Positions 17,161-27,082 of a DNA stretch of 63,555 nucleotides are shown here, in pieces. Numbering within the stretch: position 1 is the stretch's first letter; each line of letters opens with the position of its first letter. The stretch comes from Patescibacteria group bacterium (lineage in GTDB: Bacteria; Patescibacteriota; Minisyncoccia; Phycocordibacterales; Phycocordibacteraceae): assembly GCA_018970465.1 (NCBI GenBank), contig JAGWWI010000003.1, positions 1 to 63,555 on the forward strand. Reading direction: 5' to 3'. The notes under the pieces were generated by a model. The model saw only the letters and a list, made by a program, of their open reading frames with translations, was not told the origin of the DNA and did no database searches. Made by a program: the position numbers and the translations under genes.

Positions 17161-17382
17161 ATGAGAAAGGAGCTGTGCCTTGGCAAACGAGCCACAACAC
17201 CCGTCAAAGAAGCCCTACCAGACAGCGCCATCCGCCGACTTGAGGAGCTCAGGGCCGCTCAGCCGGACGTGGACGATACGACCGTCATCCGGCAAGCCCT
17301 CCGCGTTCACGCCGCCATCACGCAACCCGACGCGGAAGAGACGATTGCGAAGCGGCTGCGCGCGAGAGACTCGGATCACTGA
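17161..17382 (+). CDS. Small hypothetical protein, possibly ribbon-helix-helix-like
   Basis: SD ggaggaggttgaATG. ..TVIRQALRVH.. resembles the RHH helix. Weak call. Confidence 0.35.
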   Translation: MRKELCLGKRATTPVKEALPDSAIRRLEELRAAQPDVDDTTVIRQALRVHAAITQPDAEETIAKRLRARDSDH

Positions 17383-17470
17383 CGCGCAGTCGACAGGAAT
17401 GAGCGGCCCGATGATCTCGGGCCGCTTCCCTTTCTGATCCTGAGGATGCCAACGTGCTAAGGTGATCACG

Positions 17471-17809
17471 ATGAGCGAAGGACCCTCGCGGCCGGAGCGA
17501 GCCCCGGCAGTACCGACGAAAGAGGAGGTCATCGAACGCCTGCGAGAGAATCCGCAGGAGCTCGGGCCCTACCTCATATGGCTTGACGATCGACAAACGG
17601 CGATCGAAGGGATCAGCGATACGCGTGAACGCGACGAGGCGAACATCGACCTCACGCTCGACATGGGCGAGATCTGCCGGGAGGCCGGCTTCCTCGAGAG
17701 CGCTCTCGAGAACTTCGGGTCGGCCGTTATGCAGGCCTATCAGATGGGCGACGAAGCGCGTCGAGAGCGCGCCCAAGAAGCGCTCGACGCCCTGCCCAAA
17801 CCCTCGTAG
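17471..17809 (+). CDS. Hypothetical acidic protein
   Basis: ATG at 17471 preceded by AAGGTG. No recognisable domain. Confidence 0.4.
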   Translation: MSEGPSRPERAPAVPTKEEVIERLRENPQELGPYLIWLDDRQTAIEGISDTRERDEANIDLTLDMGEICREAGFLESALENFGSAVMQAYQMGDEARRERAQEALDALPKPS

Positions 17810-17812
17810 CGA

Positions 17813-17842
17813 AACCGGGCCGCCCCTTGGGGCGGCCCGGTT
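17813..17842. terminator. Bidirectional hairpin between convergent genes (hypothetical / rplB)
   Basis: aaccgggccgcccc tt ggggcggcccggtt, a 13-14 bp GC-rich stem. Confidence 0.6.
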
Positions 17843-17860
17843 CTCCGTTCCGAACATTCG

Positions 17861-18703
17861 CTAGCGCTTCTTGCCAACGCGTCGGCGCGAGACGATGAAG
17901 ACGTTCGAGTACTTCTTCGGCGTGCGGGTCTTCTGGCCCTTGCCAGTGGGACGGCCCCAGAGGCTCTTCGCCCGGCGGAGGCCGCGGCCCTGGCGGCCCT
18001 CGCCGCCGCCATGCGGGTGGTCGACCGGGTTCATCGCGGTGCCGCGCACGGTCGGGCGGATGCCCTTCCAGCGGCTCCGGCCGGCCTTGCCGTAGGAGAC
18101 GAGCATATGCTCCTCGTTCCCGACCGTACCGACCGAGGCCCAGCAGAGGTCGGAGACCTTGCGCACCTCGCTTGAGGGGAGCTTCACTTGCGCGTAGCCC
18201 GCGTCGTGCGCGACGACCTCCGCGGAGGCGCCCGCCGAGCGCACCAGCACCGCGCCCGCGCCGGGCCGGAGCTCGATGTTGTAGACGAAGGTGCCCACCG
18301 GGAGCTTGCCCAGGGGGAGCCGGTTGCCAGGGGCGACTGGCGCCTTCTCTGAGGCGATGACTGCGCTCCCCACTTCGACGCCCTTCGGCACCAGGTGGTA
18401 GCGGCGCGCGCCGTCCGCGTAGAGGGTGCGGGCGATGAAGCCGGAGCGGTACGGATCGTACTCGACCGTCTCGACCCTCCCCGGGACGTCGCGCTTGTCG
18501 TAGCTGAAGTCGACGTCGCGGAGCCGGCGCTTGTGCCCGCCGCCCTGGTGGCGCGTCGTCACGCGGCCGAAGCTGTTGCGGCCCGCGCGGTCCTTGCCGC
18601 CCTTCGTCAGGGCCTTCGCCGGCTTGTCGCCGGAGAGGAGCTCCTTGTAGGGTAGGGTGGTCATCGAGCGGCGGCTCTTGGTGACGGGTCGGTACTTTTT
18701 CAT
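17861..18703 (-). CDS. rplB: 50S ribosomal protein L2
   Basis: ..GRNSFGRVTTRHQGGGHKRRLR..; ..MNPVDHPHGGGEGR.. Confidence 0.97.
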   Translation of the reverse strand: MKKYRPVTKSRRSMTTLPYKELLSGDKPAKALTKGGKDRAGRNSFGRVTTRHQGGGHKRRLRDVDFSYDKRDVPGRVETVEYDPYRSGFIARTLYADGARRYHLVPKGVEVGSAVIASEKAPVAPGNRLPLGKLPVGTFVYNIELRPGAGAVLVRSAGASAEVVAHDAGYAQVKLPSSEVRKVSDLCWASVGTVGNEEHMLVSYGKAGRSRWKGIRPTVRGTAMNPVDHPHGGGEGRQGRGLRRAKSLWGRPTGKGQKTRTPKKYSNVFIVSRRRVGKKR

Positions 18704-18725
18704 ACGGAAATGATTAGGCCGGGGG

Positions 18726-19091
18726 TTAGGCGAGCGCGATCGTGTCGCCCGCGTTCAAAGCGACGTATGCCTTGCGGCGCGCGGCGCGCGTCCCAAAGCC
18801 ACGGCGGGTGCGCAGCGCCTTCTTCTTGCCCGGAGTGTTCACGATGCGCACCGCCTTCGGGGCGACGCCGTAGATCTCCTTGATCGCGCCCGCGATCTCG
18901 GCCGAGGTCGCCTCGCGCGTGACCGCGAAGACGTACACGCCCTTCTCGGTGCCGATCAGGGCCTTCTCGCTGAACCACGGCGCGCGGATGACGTCGTGCG
19001 CTTCCCCTCCCGCGAGCCCGGTCGCGTGCGCGTGGCGGGGCGCTGCCGCCTTCTCCTCCCGCTTCTTCTTGTCTTTGGTGAAAAGGGCCAT
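18726..19091 (-). CDS. rplW: 50S ribosomal protein L23
   Basis: ..VIRAPWFSEKA..VFAVTREATSAEIAGAIKEIYGV..V. Position between rplD and rplB. Confidence 0.9.
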   Translation of the reverse strand: MALFTKDKKKREEKAAAPRHAHATGLAGGEAHDVIRAPWFSEKALIGTEKGVYVFAVTREATSAEIAGAIKEIYGVAPKAVRIVNTPGKKKALRTRRGFGTRAARRKAYVALNAGDTIALA

Positions 19092-19093
19092 GG

Positions 19094-19786
19094 CTATTTC
19101 TTAAGGGCGGCGAACGCGGCCTCCGGGTTCTCGATCACGAGGTATTTGTGCGAGAGGACCGCGAGCGCGTTGAGGTTCCTCACCTCCTCGGTCGCGAGGT
19201 TGCCGATATTGCGGAAGCTCTTCACCTTGTTCGCGTCGTAGGCCGAGAAGGCGACCAGGGCGGCGTTCTTCTTGGCGGCGAGCGTCGCGCCTCCGGCCTT
19301 CGCGACCGCGGTGACGAAGCGCTTCGCGTCCGCCGTCTTCGGCGCCGCGAACGAGAGCGCGTCGACGAAGAGCACTTCGCCCTCGGCGGCCTTCTTCGAG
19401 AGCGCCGAGTAGAGGGCGGCGCGGCGCATCTTCTTGTTCACCTTCTCGCTGTAGTCGCGGGCGCTCCGGGGGCCGAGCGCGACGCCGCCGTGGCGCCAGA
19501 TCGGCGAGCGGGTCGAGCCGTGGCGCGCGCGACCGGTGCCCTTCTGCTTCCACGGCTTCTTGCCGCCGCCCGAGACCTCGGAGCGGTCCTTGGTGTGAGC
19601 GCGATTCTGGCGATTGTTTGCCTGGATCGCGGTCGTCACCTGGTGCACGAGGTCGGGGCGCCACGGAGCGCCGAAGATCTCGGCCGGGAGCGCGATCGTC
19701 TTCACGAGCTTCCCGTCCATGGAGAAGAGCTGCGCTTCGCTTGCGCTCGACTCGACCTTCTTGGTGCTGGTTTTCTGGGTTGCCAT
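19094..19786 (-). CDS. rplD: 50S ribosomal protein L4
   Basis: ..RSEVSGGGKKPWKQKGTGRARHGS.. Confidence 0.95.
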   Translation of the reverse strand: MATQKTSTKKVESSASEAQLFSMDGKLVKTIALPAEIFGAPWRPDLVHQVTTAIQANNRQNRAHTKDRSEVSGGGKKPWKQKGTGRARHGSTRSPIWRHGGVALGPRSARDYSEKVNKKMRRAALYSALSKKAAEGEVLFVDALSFAAPKTADAKRFVTAVAKAGGATLAAKKNAALVAFSAYDANKVKSFRNIGNLATEEVRNLNALAVLSHKYLVIENPEAAFAALKK

Positions 19787-19796
19787 AGTACGGAAA

Positions 19797-20411
19797 TTAC
19801 ACGGAGCGGATCTCGAGCAGCGTCCCGCGATTCCCCGGGACAGCGCCCGAGACGATGAGCTCGCCCGCGGCGGCGTCTACGGCGAGCACCTTGAGGTTCT
19901 CGACCGTGACGCGGTCCTGCCCCATCCGGCCGGCCATGCGGATACCCTTCGCGACCCGGCCGCCCGCGCGGCCGCCCGAGCCGCCGATCGAGCCCGGCTC
20001 GCGCTCGGAGTGCTTCTGGCCGTGCGAGCGCGGGCCGCCGTGGAAGCCGTGGCGCTTCACGACGCCCGCGAAGCCCTTGCCCTTGGTGAGCCCAGAGACG
20101 CGAACAGTGTCGCCGACCGCGAAGGTGTCGACCGCGACCTGGTCGCCCTCTGCGAGGCCCTCGGCGCCGCGGAACTCGCGGATGGCCGCGAAGCCCTTGC
20201 CCTTCGTGTGGCCAAGAACGCCCTTCGAGAGGTTCTTGGTCTTGCGGTTCCCTTCGCCCACCTGGAGCGCCTGGTAGCCGTCCTTCCCCTCCGCCGTCTT
20301 GACCTGGGTCACGGTGACTGGCCCGGCCTTGAGGATGGTGCCCGCGCGGGCGCGGCCATCCTCGCCGAAGAGGCGGGTCATGGCGACTTTGCGGGCCAAG
20401 ATGAATTTCAT
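19797..20411 (-). CDS. rplC: 50S ribosomal protein L3
   Basis: Internal ATG MKFILARKVAMTRLF..; ..GKGFAGVVKRHGFHGGPRSHG.. Confidence 0.95.
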   Translation of the reverse strand: MKFILARKVAMTRLFGEDGRARAGTILKAGPVTVTQVKTAEGKDGYQALQVGEGNRKTKNLSKGVLGHTKGKGFAAIREFRGAEGLAEGDQVAVDTFAVGDTVRVSGLTKGKGFAGVVKRHGFHGGPRSHGQKHSEREPGSIGGSGGRAGGRVAKGIRMAGRMGQDRVTVENLKVLAVDAAAGELIVSGAVPGNRGTLLEIRSV

Positions 20412-20537
20412 GCAATAAAAATCGCGCCTGCAACAGCGCGTTCGAGCCTCCCGAGGGAGCCCTCCCGGCCATTGGTCCGGGCCAAGGCCCGTACATAGCG
20501 ACTCCCCCACCCTACCCCAGCCGCCCGATAAATGCAA

Positions 20538-20561
20538 ACGGGCGGCAAATGCCGCCCGTTA
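20538..20561 (-). terminator. Hairpin downstream of the inserted gene, upstream of the rplC leader
   Basis: aacgggcggca aa tgccgcccgtt; on the minus strand it is followed by tgcatttat. Confidence 0.5.
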
Positions 20562-20583
20562 AGACGCGATCGTTTGGGCGCGT

Positions 20584-20994
20584 CTAGCTCGCTACGCCCC
20601 GCGATGGTCCCCCGCGAATCCGCTTCACGTCTTCGTGCCTGCCGGCGCACCTGAGAATGAATTCGTCGGTAACCATGAGGCGACCGTTGGCACGCAGCCG
20701 GACAAAGTCTCCATGGTAATCGCCCGCAAAGTCACTCCAGTCATCGGACAGCCCGAAGAACAAACCGGTCTCGAAGAGATCTTTCCACCCGGTCCGCGCA
20801 GAAAAGTCTTCGAGCTCGACAACCGCAAATTCGCCCCAGCTGCCGCGTTCCCGGAAGAAACGCACAAGGTTGTCGGCCGTGCTTTCTACCTCAGCCTTGC
20901 CGAATCCTCCGGCGACACGGGCAACGATGTCTTGAGGCCTGATAGCGTCCGCAATTGCGGCGAATTCGGCGTTGGTAACTTTAAAGCCACGCAT
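20584..20994 (-). CDS. Hypothetical protein inserted between rpsJ and rplC
   Basis: ATG (MRGFKVTNAEF..) preceded by GGGAGG. 136 aa, lower G+C, no recognisable domain. Confidence 0.5.
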   Translation of the reverse strand: MRGFKVTNAEFAAIADAIRPQDIVARVAGGFGKAEVESTADNLVRFFRERGSWGEFAVVELEDFSARTGWKDLFETGLFFGLSDDWSDFAGDYHGDFVRLRANGRLMVTDEFILRCAGRHEDVKRIRGGPSRGVAS

Positions 20995-21055
20995 CTCTGC
21001 CTCCCTTCCCTGCACTGTCGTCCCAACGCGAGTTAAACATACGAGCGGGCCGAAC

Positions 21056-21084
21056 GCAAAACCGCCCTTTCGGGGCGGTTTTGC
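21056..21084 (-). terminator. Intrinsic terminator after rpsJ
   Basis: gcaaaaccgccc tttc(g) gggcggttttgc, 23 nt downstream of the rpsJ stop. Confidence 0.6.
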
Positions 21085-21107
21085 GCTAACGCTTCGTGAG
21101 ACTCGGG

Positions 21108-21482
21108 TTAGATCATCTTCACATCAATCGTCACGCCCGTGGGGAGCGAGAGGTTCGTGAGCGCCTCGATCACCTTGGGGGTCGGGTTCATGATGTCGAT
21201 GAGGCGCTTGTGGATGCGCATCTCGAACTGCTCGCGCGCGTTCTTGTGGACGAAGGTCGAGCGGTTCACCGTCCAGCGCTTGATCTCGGTCGGGAGAGGC
21301 ACGGGGCCGACGATCTTGGCGTCGAAGCGCGCTGCCGTGTCCATGATCTGCTTGACCGAGAGGTCGAGGATCTTGTGCTCGTAGGCGCGAACGCGGATCC
21401 GGAGCTTGTGCTCGGCTGCCGCCGCCTCCGCCGCCTTCTTCGAGGCGCGTTTCGCGGGCTTCTTTGCGACAGCTTCAGGCAT
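21108..21482 (-). CDS. rpsJ: 30S ribosomal protein S10
   Basis: ..KLRIRVRAYEHKILD..IVGPVPLPT..FTVNRS-like..FEMRIHKRLIDI.. Confidence 0.95.
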   Translation of the reverse strand: MPEAVAKKPAKRASKKAAEAAAAEHKLRIRVRAYEHKILDLSVKQIMDTAARFDAKIVGPVPLPTEIKRWTVNRSTFVHKNAREQFEMRIHKRLIDIMNPTPKVIEALTNLSLPTGVTIDVKMI

Positions 21483-21503
21483 GGCAGTAGGCGTATGCGG
21501 GCC

Positions 21504-22706
<1,203 letters not shown>

Positions 22707-22866
22707 AAGCTTAGTAATTTACAAGTAAGTAACTGCTAAACCCGACCGAGGTCGGAAAACCTCTCCGGCCTGCAGAAATCCCGTCCGCCAACTGGCAGAA
22801 CGGCCACAACAAGCCAAAGAGCCACGCCGAAATGCGTTAGGGGAACTATACGCAAGACCGGCGGCA

Positions 22867-22909
22867 AATGCAACAGCACCCGGCCGCCTAGCGGCCGGGT
22901 GCTGTTGCA
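22867..22909 (-). terminator. 19-bp perfect hairpin after the Pro-rich protein gene
   Basis: atgcaacagcacccggccg cctag cggccgggtgctgttgcat, 8 nt after the stop at 22917. Confidence 0.6.
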
Positions 22910-22916
22910 TCGAACG

Positions 22917-23324
22917 CTAGTACTTGATGCCTGGACCCGGATCGAGCTTCGCAGGAGTAACTGGGTCAATCTCGACCGAGCGTATTTCCGGTGCGGGAGC
23001 GAGCGGACGCAGTTCGGGAGCTGGTTCGAGCTTGCGCAGCTGCGGTGCAGGCGCAACTTCGCGCGGAACAACTTGTTCGAGAGGGCGGAGTTCCACCTTC
23101 TGCCCACTCGGCGTGCGGAGTTCGGGTGCGGGCGCCAGGGGCTGCATCTCTACATACGTAGGCTGCTCGAGGCTGGCCTGCCCCTGCGCAGCTTGAGCGT
23201 TTTCAGGGCTTGCCGCGCCGGCGGCGGCGAGTCCCGCCGCACCGAAGAGCGCGGCGCGCCAACCGCCCATCCTCCCCTTCGGCTTCTCCCCCGCCGGTAC
23301 GGCCGCTTTAGGCATTCCTTCCAT
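22917..23324 (-). CDS. Secreted/anchored proline-rich repeat protein, hypothetical
   Basis: N-terminal hydrophobic segment (WRAALFGAAGLAAAGAA), then repeated (L/V/E)APAPE/QLR units. Confidence 0.5.
   Translation of the reverse strand: MEGMPKAAVPAGEKPKGRMGGWRAALFGAAGLAAAGAASPENAQAAQGQASLEQPTYVEMQPLAPAPELRTPSGQKVELRPLEQVVPREVAPAPQLRKLEPAPELRPLAPAPEIRSVEIDPVTPAKLDPGPGIKY
22977..23138 (-). repeat. In-frame tandem APAPE(L/I)R-type repeats (about 4 copies)
   Basis: The protein reads ..PLAPAPELRTP..VAPAPQLRKLEPAPELRPLAPAPEIRSV.. Confidence 0.7.
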
Positions 23325-23510
23325 GCATTCTCAGTTATTGGCTATGCCCCTAGCATACTGCAGCGGTCGCCCGGGAGGGCGGCCGCTCTGGATTACCCTT
23401 TCCGGGTGCGCATCACTTCCGGCTCGCGATGATGTCGTTCGCGACGTTCTGCGGGACGGCCTCGTAACCTGGCTAGGGCGCAATGCATGGAAACCCGGGT
23501 CCGCAGAGGA

Positions 23511-23912
23511 CTAAGAGGCCGGCATTGAAGAAATTCCTGCAGTAGGCCGCCGCGGGAAGAGTGTTGGCCATATGGCAACCTCGGCTGAGGGCACGAGACC
23601 ATAGGCGTTTGACACCTCCATGCCGCGCTTGAACAGGAGGATGGGGGCGAAGACGATATTCACAAACGGGATGATCATGAGCAGTGCCCACCACCCACTC
23701 CACCCAAGGTCGTGACAGCGCCGAACAACGAGCGACAAGCCAAGGAAACCGGACACGATGAAAACGATCAGGAACCCGATAATTCCCGTAGCCCAGCCGA
23801 CGGCGAGTGAAAGAGCGGTCGTGCACAGCCAAGCGGCAATACCCGTAAGGACCGAGCTGACGAAGTAGTTGAGGCGAGCGATGCGGCCCATGAAGAAAGG
23901 TTTGGAGTTCAT
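23511..23912 (-). CDS. DUF805-family inner membrane protein
   Basis: ..RRCHDLGWSGWWALL.. signature flanked by TM helices. Confidence 0.75.
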   Translation of the reverse strand: MNSKPFFMGRIARLNYFVSSVLTGIAAWLCTTALSLAVGWATGIIGFLIVFIVSGFLGLSLVVRRCHDLGWSGWWALLMIIPFVNIVFAPILLFKRGMEVSNAYGLVPSAEVAIWPTLFPRRPTAGISSMPAS

Positions 23913-24115
23913 GTCGATACCCTACTACGGCCGCATTACCAATTCATCGCCCCGGCTGTGTACATGGCAAAATCCAGTTCATTCGGGTAGGCGGGGCGCT
24001 TCATCGGATCGTTACTCGTAGTGTAGCTCTCGACAGTACCGTAATCGAGAACCATGTAATCGGTGCCGTTCGAGTTGTAGAGTATGCAGTTTGCGGCGTT
24101 CCCCACGCAAACCCC

Positions 24116-25144
24116 TCAATCCGAACACCACTGATTAGCTTTTAATACTCCCGTTAGCTTAGCACCGCCGCGCTTCGCGGCCTTTTTCATCTCTCGCTCC
24201 CATGCTTCCTGCGGTGTATCAAAGCCGAGGCATCTCATCGGCAAGAAGCGGAGCTTGGTTTGGATCTCTTCAATTAACGAGGGCGGCACGGTCGAGAGGT
24301 TCGTACGTTTTGGTATGCGTTCTCGTATGCGGCCATTGCGGTTCTCGACCGTGCCTTTCTCGCTTGAGGCATAAGGATGGCAGAAGAAGACATCAGCGCC
24401 AATGAGGCGCGAGAGCTCTTGGTGCTTCCTGAACGAGACGTCGTTATCGAGCGTGAGGCTCCGAATAGGCACGCCCCTCAACAGACGGGCAATGAGCCGG
24501 TTCACGTCCTCGGTCTTGCGGCTCTCAACGTACGCCAGGAAGGGATAACGCGTCTTGCGCTCGATGAGGACCAGCAGGGAGCCGCGGCCATCCTTCCCAC
24601 TCTCGATGAAGTCTGCCTCGAAGTGACCGAACTGCCTGCGTTTCTGTACGTTCTCCGGCCGTTCCTCGATAGAGCGCCGGCCATCCATGACAGCCTGACG
24701 TCCCCGTTTGGGCCCGCTCTTCTTGTGTACCCGTCTGTGGTGCAGATGCTTCTCGAGTTGTCGGCCGTATACCGAGTACACATACTTGTACACGGCCTTC
24801 GCGGAGACCCGAGAGACCTTAATGCGCCGCTTCCGGCTCCTCCCGGCAATCATCTGGGGGGACCAGTCTTCCCGGAGCCTGTCTTCAACAAACGCGCGCA
24901 GTTGGTCGTCCAGTACGACTTTCAGACACTGGACCTTCGAATACTTCCTGCGCACATATGCCTTGTGCCCTGCCTTGCGGGCGTCATAGACACCCCGTAC
25001 GGCTCCCCGTCGCAACTCGTCCGAGACTGTCGAGACACTCCGTCCTAACCGCTCCGCTATCTTCCGCAAGCTCAAGCCTGACGCTTTTAGCCGCTCGATT
25101 CTTCTCCGCTCGCTCTCCTGCAATTTCTCGTGCGCATATCCCAT
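24116..25144 (-). CDS. IS30-family DDE transposase
   Basis: N-terminal HTH (RKIAERLGRSVSTVSDELRR). DDE region: GHFEADFI .. LTLDNDVSF .. EKGTVENRNGRIR. ATG at 25144 is preferred over TTG at 25171. Confidence 0.9.
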   Translation of the reverse strand: MGYAHEKLQESERRRIERLKASGLSLRKIAERLGRSVSTVSDELRRGAVRGVYDARKAGHKAYVRRKYSKVQCLKVVLDDQLRAFVEDRLREDWSPQMIAGRSRKRRIKVSRVSAKAVYKYVYSVYGRQLEKHLHHRRVHKKSGPKRGRQAVMDGRRSIEERPENVQKRRQFGHFEADFIESGKDGRGSLLVLIERKTRYPFLAYVESRKTEDVNRLIARLLRGVPIRSLTLDNDVSFRKHQELSRLIGADVFFCHPYASSEKGTVENRNGRIRERIPKRTNLSTVPPSLIEEIQTKLRFLPMRCLGFDTPQEAWEREMKKAAKRGGAKLTGVLKANQWCSD

Positions 25145-25168
25145 ACCGCAAGTATGGGTGTTCGGATT
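24118..25168 (-). mobile_element. IS30-family insertion sequence (minimal extent defined by 12-bp inverted repeats)
   Basis: aatccgaacacc (24118..24129) is the reverse complement of ggtgttcggatt (25157..25168). The repeats bracket the transposase gene. The true ends may lie slightly further out. Confidence 0.6.
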
Positions 25169-25377
25169 CAAAGGTTAATTCGCAGGTCATCGGCAGGACG
25201 CAGTCCATCGTGGGGCGCGCGACCTTCCAGTTCTGCGTGCGAACGGGCGCCTGGCTCGCGCTTGGCGCCTCGGTCGCGCAGGTCATCGCTCCGCACATAC
25301 CGGCTGAAACCGCGCGGGTGACTGGCACGGCGGCGCCGTCGATCGCGCTCGCTGCACTCTTCTTCATTGCGAGCCAG

Positions 25378-25749
25378 ATGGTAAGTACGGCGTATACGCA
25401 GCTCTCTAATGTGCTTGTCGTCATGCGCTTCAACAAGAAGTCGAACGCGGCCTGGCGGGCGTTCATGGATGCGCGCCGGGGGGCATACGACCAGCACCTG
25501 TTCGACCTCTGTGAGCTGTGGAAGGCGTATACCGGAAAGGAATACAAGATCCTGTCTTCCATGAGCGTCGTGTTCGCGAGCGACCAGGCGCTGTTCTCTC
25601 GGTACCTTATGGAGCACGCTGCCGCGTCCGAGGGCCAATTCGGCCTTCTCAAAAACGGCGTGGTGAAATTCAAGAACAGCACGGCGGATATATTCCGCCG
25701 CATGCTGAAGCGCAAGAAGGAGGCCGTTATCGCCACCACCATATCGTGA
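25378..25749 (+). CDS. Hypothetical protein next to the IS (start uncertain, possibly 5'-truncated)
   Basis: The coding-like frame runs from the IS edge. The first ATG is at 25378; a GTG alternative lies at 25318. A clean terminator follows. Confidence 0.3.
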   Translation: MVSTAYTQLSNVLVVMRFNKKSNAAWRAFMDARRGAYDQHLFDLCELWKAYTGKEYKILSSMSVVFASDQALFSRYLMEHAAASEGQFGLLKNGVVKFKNSTADIFRRMLKRKKEAVIATTIS

Positions 25750-25753
25750 ACCA

Positions 25754-25779
25754 GGGGCCGCTCGCGAGCGGCCCCTTTT
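25754..25779 (+). terminator. Intrinsic terminator
   Basis: ggggccgctcg/cgagcggcccc followed by tttt. Confidence 0.65.
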
Positions 25780-25825
25780 CGCATCCCGCTTCGCTTTCTC
25801 AGGCTGTGGTTGTATCCTTGAGCCA

Positions 25826-27082
25826 ATGCGGCAATCGAGGCTCTTCACCAAAGCGCGTAAGGAGGCGCCCGCCGACGAGGTGGCGAAGAACGCGCAGCTC
25901 CTCATCCGCGCAGGCTACGTGCACAAGGAGATGGCGGGGGTCTACGACTACCTCCCCTTGGGCCTCAAGGTCGTCGACAAGATCAAGCAGATCGTGCGCG
26001 AGGAGATGAACGCGATCGGCGGCGAGGAGCTCATCATGTCCTCTTTGCAGCGCAAGGAGCTCTGGGAGCGGACGAGCCGCTGGAGCGACGAGGTCGTCGA
26101 CGTGTGGTTCAAGTCCGAGCTCAAGGCCGGCGGGGAGGTCGGCTTCGGCTGGTCGCACGAGGAGCCGATCGGCGAGATGATGAAGAACTTCATCGCGAGC
26201 TACAAAGACCTGCCCGTCTCCGTCTACCAGTTCCAGACCAAGCTTCGCAATGAGCTGCGCGCCAAGTCCGGCATCATGCGCGGGCGCGAGTTCGTGATGA
26301 AGGACATGTACTCCTTCGCGGCGGACGAGGCGTCGCACCTCGCGTATTACGAGTCGACCAAGCCGGCGTATATGAAGGTCTTCAAGCGCCTCGGCATCGG
26401 CGACGATACGTACATTACCTTCGCCGCAGGCGGCGCATTCACCAAGTTCAGCCACGAATTCCAGACCATCTGCGACGCGGGCGAGGACGTGACCTACATC
26501 GCGCGCGAGAAGGGGATTGCCATCAACGAGGAAGTCTTGAACGACGAGACGCTCGCGAACCTCGGCGTCCGGCGCGAGGAGCTCGAGCAATTCGCGACCG
26601 CGGAGGTCGGCAATATCTTCAACTTCGGCCAGCAGAAGGCCGCCGACCTCGGGCTCATGGTCAAAGACCGGGAGGGGAAGGACGCGCCGGTGTGGATGGG
26701 CTCCTACGGCATCGGCGTCACGCGCCTCGTCGGCGTCCTGGTCGAGAAGTTCGCGGACGAGAAGGGGCTCGTCTGGCCCGAAGCAGTCGCGCCCTACGCA
26801 GTCCACCTCGTCGCGCTCGGGAAGCCGGGCGACGACGTGACGAAGGCGGCCGACGCGTTCTACGAGGAGCTCGCGAAGGCGGGCGTCGAGACGCTCTACG
26901 ACGACCGGGACATGAGCGCGGGCGCGAAGTTCGCCGAGAGCGACCTCCTCGGCATGCCGCACCGCATCGTGGTGGGGAAGGAGGCGGCCGAGACGGGTCG
27001 CTTCGAGGTCGTGACACGCGCGACGGGCGCGGTCGAGAAGTTTGGGCGCGAGGAGATCATCGCGCACTTCGCGCATGCCTAG
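25826..27082 (+). CDS. proS: Prolyl-tRNA synthetase (short bacterial form without editing insertion)
   Basis: MRQSRLF..AGYV..GVYDYLPLG..; class II core motifs; C-terminal anticodon-binding domain (..VHLV..LYDDR..S.G.KF..DL.G.P). Only 418 aa. Confidence 0.92.
   Translation: MRQSRLFTKARKEAPADEVAKNAQLLIRAGYVHKEMAGVYDYLPLGLKVVDKIKQIVREEMNAIGGEELIMSSLQRKELWERTSRWSDEVVDVWFKSELKAGGEVGFGWSHEEPIGEMMKNFIASYKDLPVSVYQFQTKLRNELRAKSGIMRGREFVMKDMYSFAADEASHLAYYESTKPAYMKVFKRLGIGDDTYITFAAGGAFTKFSHEFQTICDAGEDVTYIAREKGIAINEEVLNDETLANLGVRREELEQFATAEVGNIFNFGQQKAADLGLMVKDREGKDAPVWMGSYGIGVTRLVGVLVEKFADEKGLVWPEAVAPYAVHLVALGKPGDDVTKAADAFYEELAKAGVETLYDDRDMSAGAKFAESDLLGMPHRIVVGKEAAETGRFEVVTRATGAVEKFGREEIIAHFAHA

Noticed and set aside
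22707-22866. A possible tRNA or structured leader upstream of tuf (tRNA genes often precede tuf).
   Set aside because: I could not build a cloverleaf. There is no T-loop consensus (GTTCRANNC) and no acceptor pairing, only a 5-bp tetraloop hairpin (ccgac ctcg gtcgg).
24090-25230. Longer IS30 terminal inverted repeats and a target-site duplication.
   Set aside because: Beyond the 12-bp core, the flanks do not pair. Only an asymmetrically placed CCCCACG heptamer is shared, and no 2-3-bp direct repeat could be asserted. The exact IS ends therefore remain undefined.
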